From assembly GCA_963812015.1 (NCBI GenBank), contig CAWETI010000003.1, positions 192,001 through 256,000 on the forward strand: DNA of 64,000 nucleotides. Direction: 5' to 3'. The stretch comes from an uncultured delta proteobacterium. Its GTDB lineage: Bacteria > Desulfobacterota > Desulfobaccia > Desulfobaccales > 0-14-0-80-60-11. Shown here piece by piece: positions 9,258 to 20,208 of the stretch (position 1 is its first letter; each line of letters starts with the position of its first letter). The position numbers were made by a program, and so were the translations under genes. Under the pieces are notes generated by a model. That model had not been told where the DNA came from and made no database searches. It saw nothing but the letters and a program-made list of their open reading frames with translations.

Positions 9258-12200
9258 TCAGGGCGCTGACGCCTTCGGGGGACTGGCGTCGGCGATTTCC
9301 AGTCGATCCCGACCGGCTTGTTTGGCCCGGTAAAGGGCGGTGTCTGCGGCGGCGATCACCTCCTCGGCCGTTTGCCCATGGTCTGGGAAAATGGCTACCC
9401 CTAGGGAGATGGTGGTGGATTTGAGAAAGCGCCCCTGGTATTTCACCTGGAGGGCCTTCACCGCCTGGCGCACTTTTTCCGCCCGCTCCCGGGCTGTTTC
9501 CAATGAAGCGCCCGGTATGACAAGCAAAAATTCTTCTCCGCCGTACCGGCAGGCAATGTCTTCGGTTCGAATGCCCGCGGTGATCACGTGGGCCAGGGCG
9601 CTGAGCAGCGCATCGCCCGCCCCGTGGCCAAAGCTATCGTTGAAGTCTTTAAAATGATCCAGGTCCATCATCACCACCCCCAGCGGCGTCTTAAGACGCC
9701 TGGAGCGATGTAGTTCCCGGTCCATGGTCTCTTCCAGGTAGCGCCGGTTGTACAATCCGGTGAGGGGATCACGAATGGCCTGGTTTTGCAGGGTCTCCCA
9801 CAGCTTCAGGTTGGCCAGGGACAATGCCAGGTTTTCGGCAATGGCCACTGCCAGCCGTTCTTTGGCTTCCAACTCTCCCGCTTCCCGCCCCTGGATGGCG
9901 CAACTGAGCAGCCGTATATGGAGGATGCCTAAGGAAACACTATGGGCCACCAGAGGAACGCAGAGATAGCCGGTGGTCAGGGTGCCGCTCGCCGTAACAT
10001 GTTTGCAAAGTAAGGCCGAGGCGGGGTCGTCCACCCGATGGATCCGGCCGCTGCGGACCGCCCAACAATCATCCGGGGGAAATAGTTCCGCGATGGGAGG
10101 GGAGGGACCCCAGGTCGTCACCGAACTCAAGAGGTTTTTGGAGTTGCGGAGCACGTATAAGGCGCCGGCGTCGTCGGGAAAAAACTGCGGCACGAAATGG
10201 CTGATGGCTGCAAAGGCTTCCTGGGAGGTTTGACAGGTTTGCAGCATTTCGCTCATGTCGTTGAGCATCGCCATGGTGCTATTCCGCTTTTCCACTTCCT
10301 GCACCAGGGCCTTCAATTGGAGGTTGGCATTCTCCAGCGCCTCCTGTGACTTCCGGCGCGCCGTGATGTCGATATCGGCGCCCCGGTATCCCAGGAGATT
10401 TCCCGTCTTATCGAGTATAGGAGCCCCGCAGGTCGATAACCAAACAATGCTTCCATCCTTATGAAGGTTTCGGTTAATAAATTCGCTAAATGGCTGTTTG
10501 GCGGCAATTGCTGCAAAAGCCATTTTCTTAAGTTCTTCCCGTTCTTCAGGGAGAAATAGGTCATAAAAATGTTTGTCAAGTATTTCCTTAGGCTTATAGC
10601 CCAGCAATTTCTCCACAACCGGACTGGCATAAGTATATTTACCCTCGGCGTCGACTTCCCAAACCCATTCCTGAGCATTCTCACTCACATCTCTAAATCT
10701 TTTCTCACTCTCCAGCAGCGCCTGCTCCGCCAGTTTGCGCTCGGTGATGTCAGTCATTACCCCGATTAATCCAGCAACCTTGCCGGAAGAATCAACAAAG
10801 GTAGCTTTATTAAAGATAAAATTCCTTATACTCCCAGCAGGCCTCCCCATAATAAAGTCGTAAATTTGGGTACCGGGATGTTGAAATAGTTCCCGGTCCA
10901 TTTGAAAATATTTATCTGCCTGTTCTTTAGGATAGAGATTAAAAAACAGTCTTCCCGATGATTGCCTCTTTCGGCCTCCCTAAAAATTCAGCCAGGCTTC
11001 GGTTACATCCCTGATAGACCCCGTTTACATCTTTATAAAAAATTGGACTGGGGATAGTATCTATCAAAAGTTGCAAGAAGTTAAATTGCTGGGCAAGTGA
11101 TCTCTCCGCCAGCTTGCGATCAGTAATGTCCCTGACTAAACTCAAGATTTTTTTGCTGGACGCGTCTTGGATAAACGTGGCGTTGATCTCAATGGGAACA
11201 GTCTCCCCATTTTTTTGTACATAAGCGACTTCCAGGTTGCGGATGGATCCTTTTGCAGCGCATTCTTGCACTGCGGCGGCATTTCTTTGCAGATCCGGGG
11301 CAGCGGTCCATTCCACGACGCTTCGGCCCAAGATCTCCCCCAGGGTGTCGTATCCGGTGAGCCGCAGATATTCCGGATTGGCGTCCAAGACCTTCCCTTG
11401 CGGGTCAATGATCACATAGCCGGTGCCGGTGGTCTCGATCAAGGCCCGGTATTTGGCTTCCGACTCCCTGATCGACTGGTCCCGCTGCTGCATGGCTTCG
11501 GCCATTTTATCGAAGGCTCCGGCCATTTGACCAAATTCCCCGTCATCGTAAGATATGCCGGAACGCACGGTCAGGTCGCCGCCGGCCAGTTGTTGGGACG
11601 TGTTCACCAGGGCCCGAGTCCGGTTAATCAGGAAGAATTGCCCGAGCACCCAGGCCAAAACCATCGCCAGAACCGCCGCCCCCCCCAGGGCCAGCAGATT
11701 TCGGCCCAGGATGCGGCGGGCTTCAGCATAGATGGTCTGCAGGGGCACGCCCGCATAGACAAAGAGATCCCTCTCTCCCAGGGGGGTAAAGGCGAACAGA
11801 CAGAGAACCCCGTCGATGCCCGCCGCTTCGGCCACTCTTTCCTTCTTGGACAGCACGATTTTGACAATCTCGGCCTCCGGCATGCGTTTCCCCACCCAGT
11901 GCTCTGGCTGGGGATGGCGGGCCAGGATGGTGCCGTCGCGATCGATGACGGTGAGCCTGGCGCCGGGGGGCATGTCGGTCTTGGCCACCAACGTATTCAG
12001 ATAGCTGAGGTCCACGGAGGCGGAGACCACCCCCTGCACCACGCCGTGGTCGATAACCGGATAACCGAAATGGAGGGTGGGCTTCCCCGAGGCCCGGCCG
12101 ATACCGAATTCACCGATGGCAAAATCCCGGGTGGCCAGGGCGCGATCAAAATGGCTGCGGCCGACGGCGCTGGCCGGGGGCTGCGGCAGGGCGCTGGCGA

Positions 12201-12534
12201 ACAGATTTCCCTGGGGGTCATAAGCCGAAATATTGGCGTAAATCTTCTGCCTCTCCAGGATCCTGGCAAACAGGGCCATGCAACCCGCCCCATCCCGCTG
12301 GCGCACACAGGAGACCTCCGACAGACTTAATAGCAGTTGTCGGACTCCTTCCACCACCCGCTCCTGATATGTGGAGGCGTGCAAGACCAGGTCCTGGACG
12401 TCTTTTTTGGCCTCAGAAACGGCCAGGCGGCGATTTTCCATACCGGAGAGGAGGATCAAGCCGAGGGCCGGCAGGACCGCCAGGAAGACCAGGAGGATCA
12501 ACCGGAACCGGAGCGTGGTGAAGAAATGGAGCAT
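9258..12534 (-). pseudogene. Cache-HAMP-PAS-PAS-PAS-GAF-GGEEF diguanylate cyclase split by a 1-nt frameshift at 10941-10946
   Basis: Two ORFs join into a continuous PAS sequence (IGKTVF-NLYPKEQADKYFQ-MDRELF) if one T is removed from a T6 run; RTED I-site and GGEEF present. May be an intact gene with a sequencing error. Confidence 0.8.
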
Positions 12535-12840
12535 CTGTTTCCTTTTCGCAGGTCGTGGGGAACGTGAAAACCCCGGCCCGGCTAGGTCAGCAATGCGAGC
12601 CTTCCCGGCGTAGCGGCCGGGATAGGCTTGCCAAGGAATCGGCTCATGGTCTAAGGTTACCTTATTGTCTATATCGGCAGGTTGGGTCAGGTTCAAAAGA
12701 ATTAAGGGGTGATTTGGAGGGAATCCCTATCCGGCTCAGCCCCACTACTTGAGGAAACTGGCCTGGTGAAAGGCGGACGGCCCTCCTTCTCATTGACACC
12801 GGCGGCGGGAGTGGCTATAAGGGGGAAAAGGATACCCTTG

Positions 12841-15522
12841 ATGGCCACAGAGTCTCGCGTCCTCTATCTCATCGACATCAGCTCCTATTTCTACCGGGCC
12901 TTCCACGCCCTGCCGGCCCTGTCCAACTCCCGGGGGGTGCCCACCAACGCCACCTACGGGGTCACCACCATGCTTCTCAAGGTGCTCCGGGAGCGGCAGC
13001 CCCAGCACCTGGCCCTGGTGTTCGACGCCAAAGGCCCCACCTTCCGGCACGAACTCTATAAGGAATACAAGGCTCACCGGCCGCCCATGCCGGAGGCCCT
13101 GGTGACCCAGCTTCCCTATATAAAGAAGATTATCGACGCCCTCAACCTGCCCTCCCTGGTGCATGAGGGGTATGAAGCCGATGATCTCATCTGCACCCTG
13201 GTGCGGCGGGCCCGGGAGGAGGGCTTCGGGGTGGAGATCATCACCGGGGACAAGGACCTCCTGCCCCTGGTGCAAGATGGCGTGGATATGTGGGATCCCA
13301 TGAAAGAGGTACGCTATGACCCGGCGGCCATCCGGGAAAAATTCGGCCTGGACCCCGAGGAACTGGTGGAGGTGCGGGCCCTGGCGGGAGATGCCAGCGA
13401 CAACATCCCCGGGGTGCCGGGCATTGGAGAGAAAACCGCCCTCAAGTTGATCGCCCGGTACCACAGTCTGGAAAATCTGCTGGCCCATACAGATGAGATT
13501 AAAGAAAAGGCCCTGAAGGGTCGATTGGAGGAATATGCTGAACAGGCGCGGCTCAGCCGGCGACTGACCGAGCTTAAGGCCCAGGTGCCCCTGACGGTGG
13601 ACCTGGAGGCCCTCCATCCCGGCCCCCCTGACCGGGAGGCTTTGCGCCGGCTGTTTGTGGATCTGGAATTCAGCAAATTGACCAAGGAATTGGGGTTTGA
13701 CACCCAACCCCAGGTGACCGGGGCCCTGGTGCAGGGGCCCGAGGCCCTGGGCCGGGTGGTCCAGGCGGTTCGAGACGCAGGCGTGATGGGACTGTGTTTC
13801 GTCATGAGCGAGCAGCACCCGGTGCTGGCCGAGGTTGCCGGGGTGGGCATTGCCTGGCAGACCGGGGAGGGCGCGTATGTCCCTCTGGACGCCGGGGAGT
13901 CAAACCGGGCCGTCTGGGAGAAACTGGGGCCGGCGTGGGGCGATGCGGGAATCATTAAAGTGGGGCCTGATCTTAAGGCCGCCCTGCTCCTGGCTCAACG
14001 ATTCGGGCAGGACCTTAAAGGGATCACCGGCGACATTCTTTTGGCGTCGTATCTCCTCAACCCGGCCCGGTATGAGCAGACCCTGGAAAATGTGGCCCTC
14101 CACTACCTGGGGGTCAACCTGCCGGGTCCCCGGGAATTGGCGGGGCGGCCCAGCACCGCGGTGGGGTTGGACCGGGACCTGGCCTGTCAGTATGCAACCC
14201 AGCGGGCCGAGGTGGCGCTCAGTCTCTGGCCGCGGCTTCAGAGCGAACTGCACAAGGAAGGCCTCTGGGAGCTCTATACTGGCCTGGAATTGCCGCTGTT
14301 GGCAACCCTGGCCCGCCTGGAGGCCCGGGGCATTCTCCTGGACCAAGGATTTCTCCAGCGTTTCGGCCGGGAGTTGGAAGAATCGATGCAGCGGCTGGAA
14401 GGAGAGATTTATGCCCTGGCGGGCGAGGCATTTCTCATCCAGTCGCCCCAGCAATTGGGCCGCATCCTCTTTGAGAAAATGCAACTCACGCCCCAGAAGA
14501 AGACCCGGGGCAAAACCGCCTACTCCACCGACGTGGAGGTCCTCCAGGCCCTGGCCCATGAGAGCCCCATCGCCGCCAAGGTCCTGGAGTACCGTAGCAT
14601 GGGCAAACTCAAATCAACTTATGTGGATGCCCTGCTGAAGCTGGTGGACCCGGTGACCGGGCGGGTGCACACCACGTTTCTGCAGTCGGTGGCGGCCACC
14701 GGGCGTTTGAGCAGCCGGGACCCCAATTTGCAAAACATCCCGGTCCGGGGCGAATTAGGGGGGCAGATTCGCCAGGCCTTTGTGCCGGATAAAGGCCGGG
14801 TATTTCTCAGTGCCGACTATTCTCAGATGGAACTTCGGATTCTGGCCCATTTTTCGGCGGACCCGGCGCTCCTCAAGGCCTTCCAGGACCAGATCGACAT
14901 CCACCGCCAGACTGCGGCGGTGGTGTTCGGCATCCACCCGGAACTGGTGAGTTCGGATATGCGCCGTCAGGCCAAGGTGGTCAACTTCGGCATCATTTAT
15001 GGTATGAGCGGGTTCGGCCTGGCCAAGCAGCTGGGGGTGAACACCCGCATGGCCAATGACTTCATCCAGCGTTATTTTGCCAAATATTCCCGGGTCAAGG
15101 CCTATCTGGAAGAAACCTTGGGACAGGCCCGGGAACAGGGGTGGGTGACCACGCTGCTGGGGCGTCGGCGCCAGACCCCCCAGATCAACAGCAGCAACCG
15201 CATCGTCCGGCAGGAGGCGGAACGGAGCGCCATCAATACCCCGCTCCAGGGGACGGCGGCGGATATTATCAAGAAGGCCATGCTGGAGGTGGAAACCGCG
15301 ATGCAGCAGGCGGGTCTAACCGGACAGATGCTCCTCCAGCTCCATGACGAACTGTTATTTGAAGTGCCCCGGTCCGAACTGCCCGACACCGCCCGCCTGG
15401 TGCGCCGGGTCATGGAGGGGGTGGTCCGGCTGCAAGTGCCCCTAACTGTGGACTTGCGGACCGGGGAAAACTGGGGCGAGATGAATATTTATGCTCCCGG
15501 GCCTTCAGGTGGGGAATATTAA
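12841..15522 (+). CDS. polA: DNA polymerase I
   Basis: 5'-3' exonuclease (YEADD, GDASDNIPGVPGIGEKTA); polymerase motifs TGRLSSRDPNLQNIP, ADYSQMELR, AKVVNFGIIYG, HDEL. Confidence 0.98.
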   Translation: MATESRVLYLIDISSYFYRAFHALPALSNSRGVPTNATYGVTTMLLKVLRERQPQHLALVFDAKGPTFRHELYKEYKAHRPPMPEALVTQLPYIKKIIDALNLPSLVHEGYEADDLICTLVRRAREEGFGVEIITGDKDLLPLVQDGVDMWDPMKEVRYDPAAIREKFGLDPEELVEVRALAGDASDNIPGVPGIGEKTALKLIARYHSLENLLAHTDEIKEKALKGRLEEYAEQARLSRRLTELKAQVPLTVDLEALHPGPPDREALRRLFVDLEFSKLTKELGFDTQPQVTGALVQGPEALGRVVQAVRDAGVMGLCFVMSEQHPVLAEVAGVGIAWQTGEGAYVPLDAGESNRAVWEKLGPAWGDAGIIKVGPDLKAALLLAQRFGQDLKGITGDILLASYLLNPARYEQTLENVALHYLGVNLPGPRELAGRPSTAVGLDRDLACQYATQRAEVALSLWPRLQSELHKEGLWELYTGLELPLLATLARLEARGILLDQGFLQRFGRELEESMQRLEGEIYALAGEAFLIQSPQQLGRILFEKMQLTPQKKTRGKTAYSTDVEVLQALAHESPIAAKVLEYRSMGKLKSTYVDALLKLVDPVTGRVHTTFLQSVAATGRLSSRDPNLQNIPVRGELGGQIRQAFVPDKGRVFLSADYSQMELRILAHFSADPALLKAFQDQIDIHRQTAAVVFGIHPELVSSDMRRQAKVVNFGIIYGMSGFGLAKQLGVNTRMANDFIQRYFAKYSRVKAYLEETLGQAREQGWVTTLLGRRRQTPQINSSNRIVRQEAERSAINTPLQGTAADIIKKAMLEVETAMQQAGLTGQMLLQLHDELLFEVPRSELPDTARLVRRVMEGVVRLQVPLTVDLRTGENWGEMNIYAPGPSGGEY

Positions 15523-15777
15523 TTAATTAATAAATACGGCAGGTTGCAGATGTAGCGCCGTGGCGCCGGAAAAAAAAGATACAGAAAGGAAAGTTTTTGC
15601 TTGAATTTTTTCAATTCATCCTTATAGTTAATCAAAATTAAGGCCTTAATGGCTCCGTCAAACGGGCCCAGGAAAAAAAAATGCAGGAGGCCATAATTTT
15701 TCTTGATATTTTTAGCCCGTTATTATAAAAATGGGCATCTTACTTACCTTTAACCATCCTTTGAGAAGGGGGGATAG

Positions 15778-16071
15778 ATGATGAGGAAAGCTTTGGTAAG
15801 GAAAGGCTTTGCATTGGCCATTCTCTTGGCGTTTGTTGCCGCCTTGGGAATGGGGTGCTGCGACGCCTGCAAGAAGAGTGTAGACGAAGCCAAGATGTAC
15901 GCCGATCAGGCGGCGGCTTCGGCTGCTAAGGCGGATAGCGCGGCGCGGAACGCCGAAATGGCGGCGGCAGACGCAAAAGCTTCGGCTGATAAGGCTGAGG
16001 CAGCGGCTGATCGGGCTGAGGCTGCAGCAGCGAAAGCTGAGGCGTGCCTGATGAAGAAGATGCGGAAGTAG
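15778..16071 (+). CDS. Alanine-zipper lipoprotein, OprI/Lpp-like, with C-terminal Lys
   Basis: Lipobox LGMGC, Ala-rich heptad coil, ends KKMRK; purine-rich RBS. Confidence 0.75.
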   Translation: MMRKALVRKGFALAILLAFVAALGMGCCDACKKSVDEAKMYADQAAASAAKADSAARNAEMAAADAKASADKAEAAADRAEAAAAKAEACLMKKMRK

Positions 16072-16130
16072 CACCTAGGGTTGATTCAGCAAATGGGGAG
16101 TGAAAAATTCTCTCCGAAAGGGGGTAATCG

Positions 16131-16505
16131 ATGAGGAAGGCAATGAGAAAAGGCTATGCCTTGGCTCTCCTCGCGGTCTTTGCCCTGGTGCTGGGAGGTG
16201 CTGGCTGCTGCCAAAAGTACTATGATCAGTGCACAATGTACTCACAGCAAGCTAAGGCTTCTGCAGATCGGGCAGCCGCGTCGGTAGTAAAGGCTGAAGC
16301 GGCCGCACAAGATGCCAAAGTCCCCGTACCTCGCGCTTCCGCTGCAGCCAACAAGGCTGAGGCGGCTGCCGCCCGGGCCGAAGATGCGGCGGAAAAAGTG
16401 TGCGCCAGGGTTAAGTACGTGAAGGCCAAAAAGGGCAAAAAAGGCAAGAAACGCGCCGTAAAGTGCCCGCCGGCCAAACCGAAAAAGGCCAAAACGGCTG
16501 AGTAA
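16131..16505 (+). CDS. Second alanine-zipper lipoprotein with Lys-rich tail
   Basis: Paralogous signal peptide (MRKAMRKGYALA...GAGC), Ala zipper, tail KAKKGKKGKK. Confidence 0.7.
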   Translation: MRKAMRKGYALALLAVFALVLGGAGCCQKYYDQCTMYSQQAKASADRAAASVVKAEAAAQDAKVPVPRASAAANKAEAAAARAEDAAEKVCARVKYVKAKKGKKGKKRAVKCPPAKPKKAKTAE

Positions 16506-16548
16506 TTCATTCTGAAGTTATCTGGGGTTAACCCCGTAGTACCCAGAT

Positions 16549-16594
16549 TCAGAAGGTGTGGTGAGCTTCGGTTCACCACACCTTCTGACTTTTT
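16549..16594 (+). terminator. Intrinsic terminator
   Basis: TCAGAAGGTGTGGTGAGC-TTCG-GTTCACCACACCTTCTGA stem-loop followed by CTTTTT. Confidence 0.85.
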
Positions 16595-16809
16595 AAGGCC
16601 TATCGCTTATGCCCCCACCGCACCGGCGTCCCCTCCGATCCTGAGTGCATCTCAGGCGCAGGAGCAGATGACCTGGAGCGCGGCGCCAGGCGCCTGGGGC
16701 TGAGTCCCCCTATACTACCCACCCTAAGGGCAAGGCCCTTCGGGGCCTGGCCTCCTCCCTATTGCGAATGCCAAAAGTTTTTCCCGCTAGTGGAATGCTC
16801 CAAAAGCCA

Positions 16810-16940
16810 AAATCCCCCCTGCCCCCCCTTGAGAAAAGGGGGGAATTATGAGGAATTGCTTCTAAAGTCCCCCTTTGCAAAAGGGGGATTTAGGGGGATT
16901 TAAAAATCAGCAAGCGGGATGAATTTGTGGCCAACACGAT
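16810..16940 (+). repeat. Dispersed ~130-bp palindromic element (CCCCCTTT-N-AAAGGGGG double hairpin), copy 1
   Basis: Aligns by eye with the reverse complement of 48230-48360. Confidence 0.75.
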
Positions 16941-17089
16941 AAAAGCCTTTTTTGCATAACGCACAAATTAGTCAGGGGATCTGAAGGGAATTGCCGTAGG
17001 CCAGGCAGGAAAACGGGGGCCCGAGTGGCAGCCCCCATGGTCATGATTCGGCCGGCAAAGCAGCAATGCGCCGGCCGGAAGCATTGCTC

Positions 17090-18037
17090 CTAGAGGGGGG
17101 ACGCGTCCAGGGTCAGGCCGTCGGCCCCGGCCGCACCCCTGGAGATGTCCACCGGCATGCCGTTTTGCTCCTCCACGGTCTGCATCACCTTGAGCATATT
17201 CACCTGGTCCATCAGGCCCCGCTGCTCCAGCAGGTTGAGCACGTGCAGGATCATGGAGGGGATTTTGAAGTACACGTCTTCGTGCACCGAGAGATAGATG
17301 CGGCCCTGGAGGAAGCCGATTTTGGCCGGCTCATAGATATACTCCACCGAGGTGCCCACCGGCACCATGGGGAACAGCTTTTTGATGTGCTCCGGATACA
17401 TGCGGGTGCAGCCGTGGCTCACCAGGCGGCCCACCCCCAGGGGCATGGCCGTGCCGTGGATGCCGTAATCGCCCCAGGACAGGGTGAGCTTGAAATCCCC
17501 CATAGGATTATCCTCACCCGGGGGCATCACCGCCATGCCGTACTTGGCCTGCAAGGACTTGGGGATGTGCCAGGCCGGATTCACCTTTTTCTCGATTACC
17601 CGAAATCTTCCCTGGGGAGTTCTGAAATCCAACACCCCCATGCCGATGGGGAAGGTATAGACCTGGGTATTATTGTTGATGAAGTAGTAGAGCCGCATCT
17701 CCCCGGTATTGACGATGATCTGGTTGCCATGGTTATTGGGCACGATCCACAGGGTGGGAATGGTCATCTCAGTACCTGCGGGGAGGATGAAGGGGTCCCA
17801 ATGGCGGTACATGACGCCGATCTCCGAATAACCCAGCCCGTAGCTCCGGGCAATTTCCAGGAGATCGTCGCCTTTTTTGATGCAGTAGTGCTGGATGCTC
17901 CCCACCACGGTGGCGGCCTGGGGATCGCAGCCTTCGGGGGAGGCCGGCAACCGGATGTCATAAGGGCCGGCCGCCATGGCCGGCAGAGTTGCCACCAATA
18001 TCATGCACGCCATAAAAATCAGGGTCATCTGGCGCAT
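17090..18037 (-). CDS. L,D-transpeptidase (LysM-like + YkuD + C-terminal domain; ErfK/YbiS type)
   Basis: Signal peptide, FPIGMG, NPAWHIP, YGIHGT, VSHGCTRM. Confidence 0.92.
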   Translation of the reverse strand: MRQMTLIFMACMILVATLPAMAAGPYDIRLPASPEGCDPQAATVVGSIQHYCIKKGDDLLEIARSYGLGYSEIGVMYRHWDPFILPAGTEMTIPTLWIVPNNHGNQIIVNTGEMRLYYFINNNTQVYTFPIGMGVLDFRTPQGRFRVIEKKVNPAWHIPKSLQAKYGMAVMPPGEDNPMGDFKLTLSWGDYGIHGTAMPLGVGRLVSHGCTRMYPEHIKKLFPMVPVGTSVEYIYEPAKIGFLQGRIYLSVHEDVYFKIPSMILHVLNLLEQRGLMDQVNMLKVMQTVEEQNGMPVDISRGAAGADGLTLDASPL

Positions 18038-18101
18038 TTCGTCCCCCTGGGTTGTCAGCCTTTTGGGTTCCGGTTGCCCTCTGGCATGATGAGTGCCGTC
18101 A

Positions 18102-19046
18102 CTATCTGAGAAAACTGGTAGTCGATCCCCCCAAGCCGGCGTCTCTTTTGGTGATGTCCACCGGCATCCCGGTTTGTTCTTCCACGGTTTGCATCACTTT
18201 CTGGGTATCCACCTGATCGGCCAGACCCCGCTGCTCCAGCATACCCAGGGCATGCAAAATCATGGAGCGGATTTTGAAATACACGTCATCGTGCACGGAG
18301 AGAAAGATGCGGCCCTGGCGAAAGCCGATCAGGGCGGGCTCGTAGATGTACTCCACTTTGGTGCCCATGGGGACCATGGCGAAAAGTTTCTTGATATCTT
18401 CGGGATAGAGGCGGGTGCAGCCATGGCTCACCAAACGGCCCACGGCCCAGGGTAAATTGCAGCCGTGGATACCATAGTCTCCCCAATTCAGACCAAGTTT
18501 AAATTCCCCCATGGGGTTATCCGGCCCGGCGGCCATCACCGACATGCCGTATTTTTTCTGCAATTGCTTGGGGATATGCCATTCAGGATTTACTTTCTTT
18601 TGATTTACGGAAAAATTACCGGTGGGGGTTCTAAAGTCAAGGACGCCCATGCCGATGGGATAAGTATAGACCTGCGTGCCCTTGTTAATGAAATAGAACA
18701 GCCGCATCTCCCCGGTATTCACCACGATTTGGGCGCTATGGCCGGTGGGGACAATCCACAGGGACGGAATAAGCATGCTGGCCCCAATGGGTGGCAGGAA
18801 CGGGTCCCAGGCGCGATACATGGCGCCGATTTCCGTCCACCCCAGATCATAGCGCCGGGCGACATCCAGGAGGTCTTCGCCTTTCTTGATCACGTGATGC
18901 TGAGGCGAGCCGATGACGGTCATTGCCTGGGGATCAATGCCCATGCCGCTGGCGGGCGGCCGGATGCTGAAAGGCCCTCCGGCCCAGGCGGAGCACACGT
19001 TAAGCAAGAAAAACATCAGGGTCAGTATCTTGGCTGAGGCGCGCAT
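18102..19046 (-). CDS. L,D-transpeptidase, close tandem paralog of 17090-18037
   Basis: YGIHGC, VSHGCTRL; highly similar to the neighbouring protein along its length. Confidence 0.92.
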   Translation of the reverse strand: MRASAKILTLMFFLLNVCSAWAGGPFSIRPPASGMGIDPQAMTVIGSPQHHVIKKGEDLLDVARRYDLGWTEIGAMYRAWDPFLPPIGASMLIPSLWIVPTGHSAQIVVNTGEMRLFYFINKGTQVYTYPIGMGVLDFRTPTGNFSVNQKKVNPEWHIPKQLQKKYGMSVMAAGPDNPMGEFKLGLNWGDYGIHGCNLPWAVGRLVSHGCTRLYPEDIKKLFAMVPMGTKVEYIYEPALIGFRQGRIFLSVHDDVYFKIRSMILHALGMLEQRGLADQVDTQKVMQTVEEQTGMPVDITKRDAGLGGSTTSFLR

Positions 19047-19050
19047 AATC

Positions 19051-20100
19051 TTAACCTTGACGGGGACGATAAGGTTTTAAACTGGAGGAGAAGGGTGGCT
19101 CCATGATGCCCTTCTCGGTAACTATGCCGGCAATCAAGTCGTTGGGGGTGACATCAAAGGCCAGGTTCAGGGCCGGGGCCCCGGCCGGGGCCACCGCCTG
19201 CCCCCAGAGATGGGTCACCTCTTCGGCGGCCCGCTCCTCCACCGGGATGTGGTCGCCGTCGGGGATGGAGAAATCAAAGGTGGACAGCGGCGCCGCCACG
19301 TAAAAGGGAATGCCGTGATGATGGGCCAGGACCGCCACGCTGTAGGTGCCGATCTTGTTGGCGGTGTCGCCGTTGGCGGCGATGCGGTCCGCCCCCAGGA
19401 TGACCAGGTCCACTTTGCCCTGGTGCATCAAGGTGGCTGCAGCCCCATCGGGGATGAGGGTGTAGGGAATCCCCAGCTTGCCCAACTCCCAGGTGGTGAG
19501 GCGCGCCCCCTGGAGAAGGGGCCGGGTTTCGTCCACCCACACGGAAAAGCGCTTCCCGCCCTCCCAGGCGGCCCGGAGCACCCCCAAAGCGGTGCCATAG
19601 GCCCCGGTGGCCAGGGCGCCGGTGTTGCAGTGGGTGAGCACCCGCTGGCCGTTGTGGATCAGGACCTGTCCCGCCTGGGCCATGCGGCGGTTGATGGTTT
19701 CATCTTCCTTCAACATGGTCTGGCCTTCGGCCACGAGATATCCCTTGATGGCCTCCACGGATTCAGCCGCATGCTCTTGGGCTACCAACAACATCCGATC
19801 TAAAGCCCAGAACAGGTTGACCGCGGTGGGACGGGCGGCGGCAATCTCCCGGCAGATCTCCTGGAATCGCGCTTGGAACTCCCGGGGGTCGGTGGTATCC
19901 AGGTCCAACGCCCCCAATGCCGCGCCCATGGCCGCGGCCACCCCGATGGCCGGGGCTCCCCGGATGGCGAGCGTCCGGATGGCCTCGATGACCTCGCGAT
20001 AATCCTTGATCTCCAGGTAGAGCTCTTCCGCTGGCAGCCGCCGTTGATCCAACAGCTTGACCTTATCCACATCCCAACAAATGCTGCAATAGGGGATCAT
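19051..20100 (-). CDS. mtnA: S-methyl-5-thioribose-1-phosphate isomerase
   Basis: LLDQRRLP, IRGAPAIG, RPTAVNL, THCNTGALAT, ETRPLLQGARLT, GADRIAANGDTANKIGT. Confidence 0.96.
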   Translation of the reverse strand: MIPYCSICWDVDKVKLLDQRRLPAEELYLEIKDYREVIEAIRTLAIRGAPAIGVAAAMGAALGALDLDTTDPREFQARFQEICREIAAARPTAVNLFWALDRMLLVAQEHAAESVEAIKGYLVAEGQTMLKEDETINRRMAQAGQVLIHNGQRVLTHCNTGALATGAYGTALGVLRAAWEGGKRFSVWVDETRPLLQGARLTTWELGKLGIPYTLIPDGAAATLMHQGKVDLVILGADRIAANGDTANKIGTYSVAVLAHHHGIPFYVAAPLSTFDFSIPDGDHIPVEERAAEEVTHLWGQAVAPAGAPALNLAFDVTPNDLIAGIVTEKGIMEPPFSSSLKPYRPRQG

Positions 20101-20161
20101 TTTTACTCCGGTTTTCAGTTTTTCGTTTTCGGTTTTCGGTTAAATCGCCGGCTGGTGAGGG

Positions 20162-20192
20162 TGTAGGGGCGGGTTTTAAACCCGCCCCTACA
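20162..20192. repeat. GTAG-type REP palindrome
   Basis: TGTAGGGGCGGGTTT-T-AAACCCGCCCCTACA; preceded by a (GTTTTCG)n-like heptamer run at about 20110-20140. Confidence 0.75.
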
Positions 20193-20208
20193 ATTAAATT
20201 CCCCTAAC

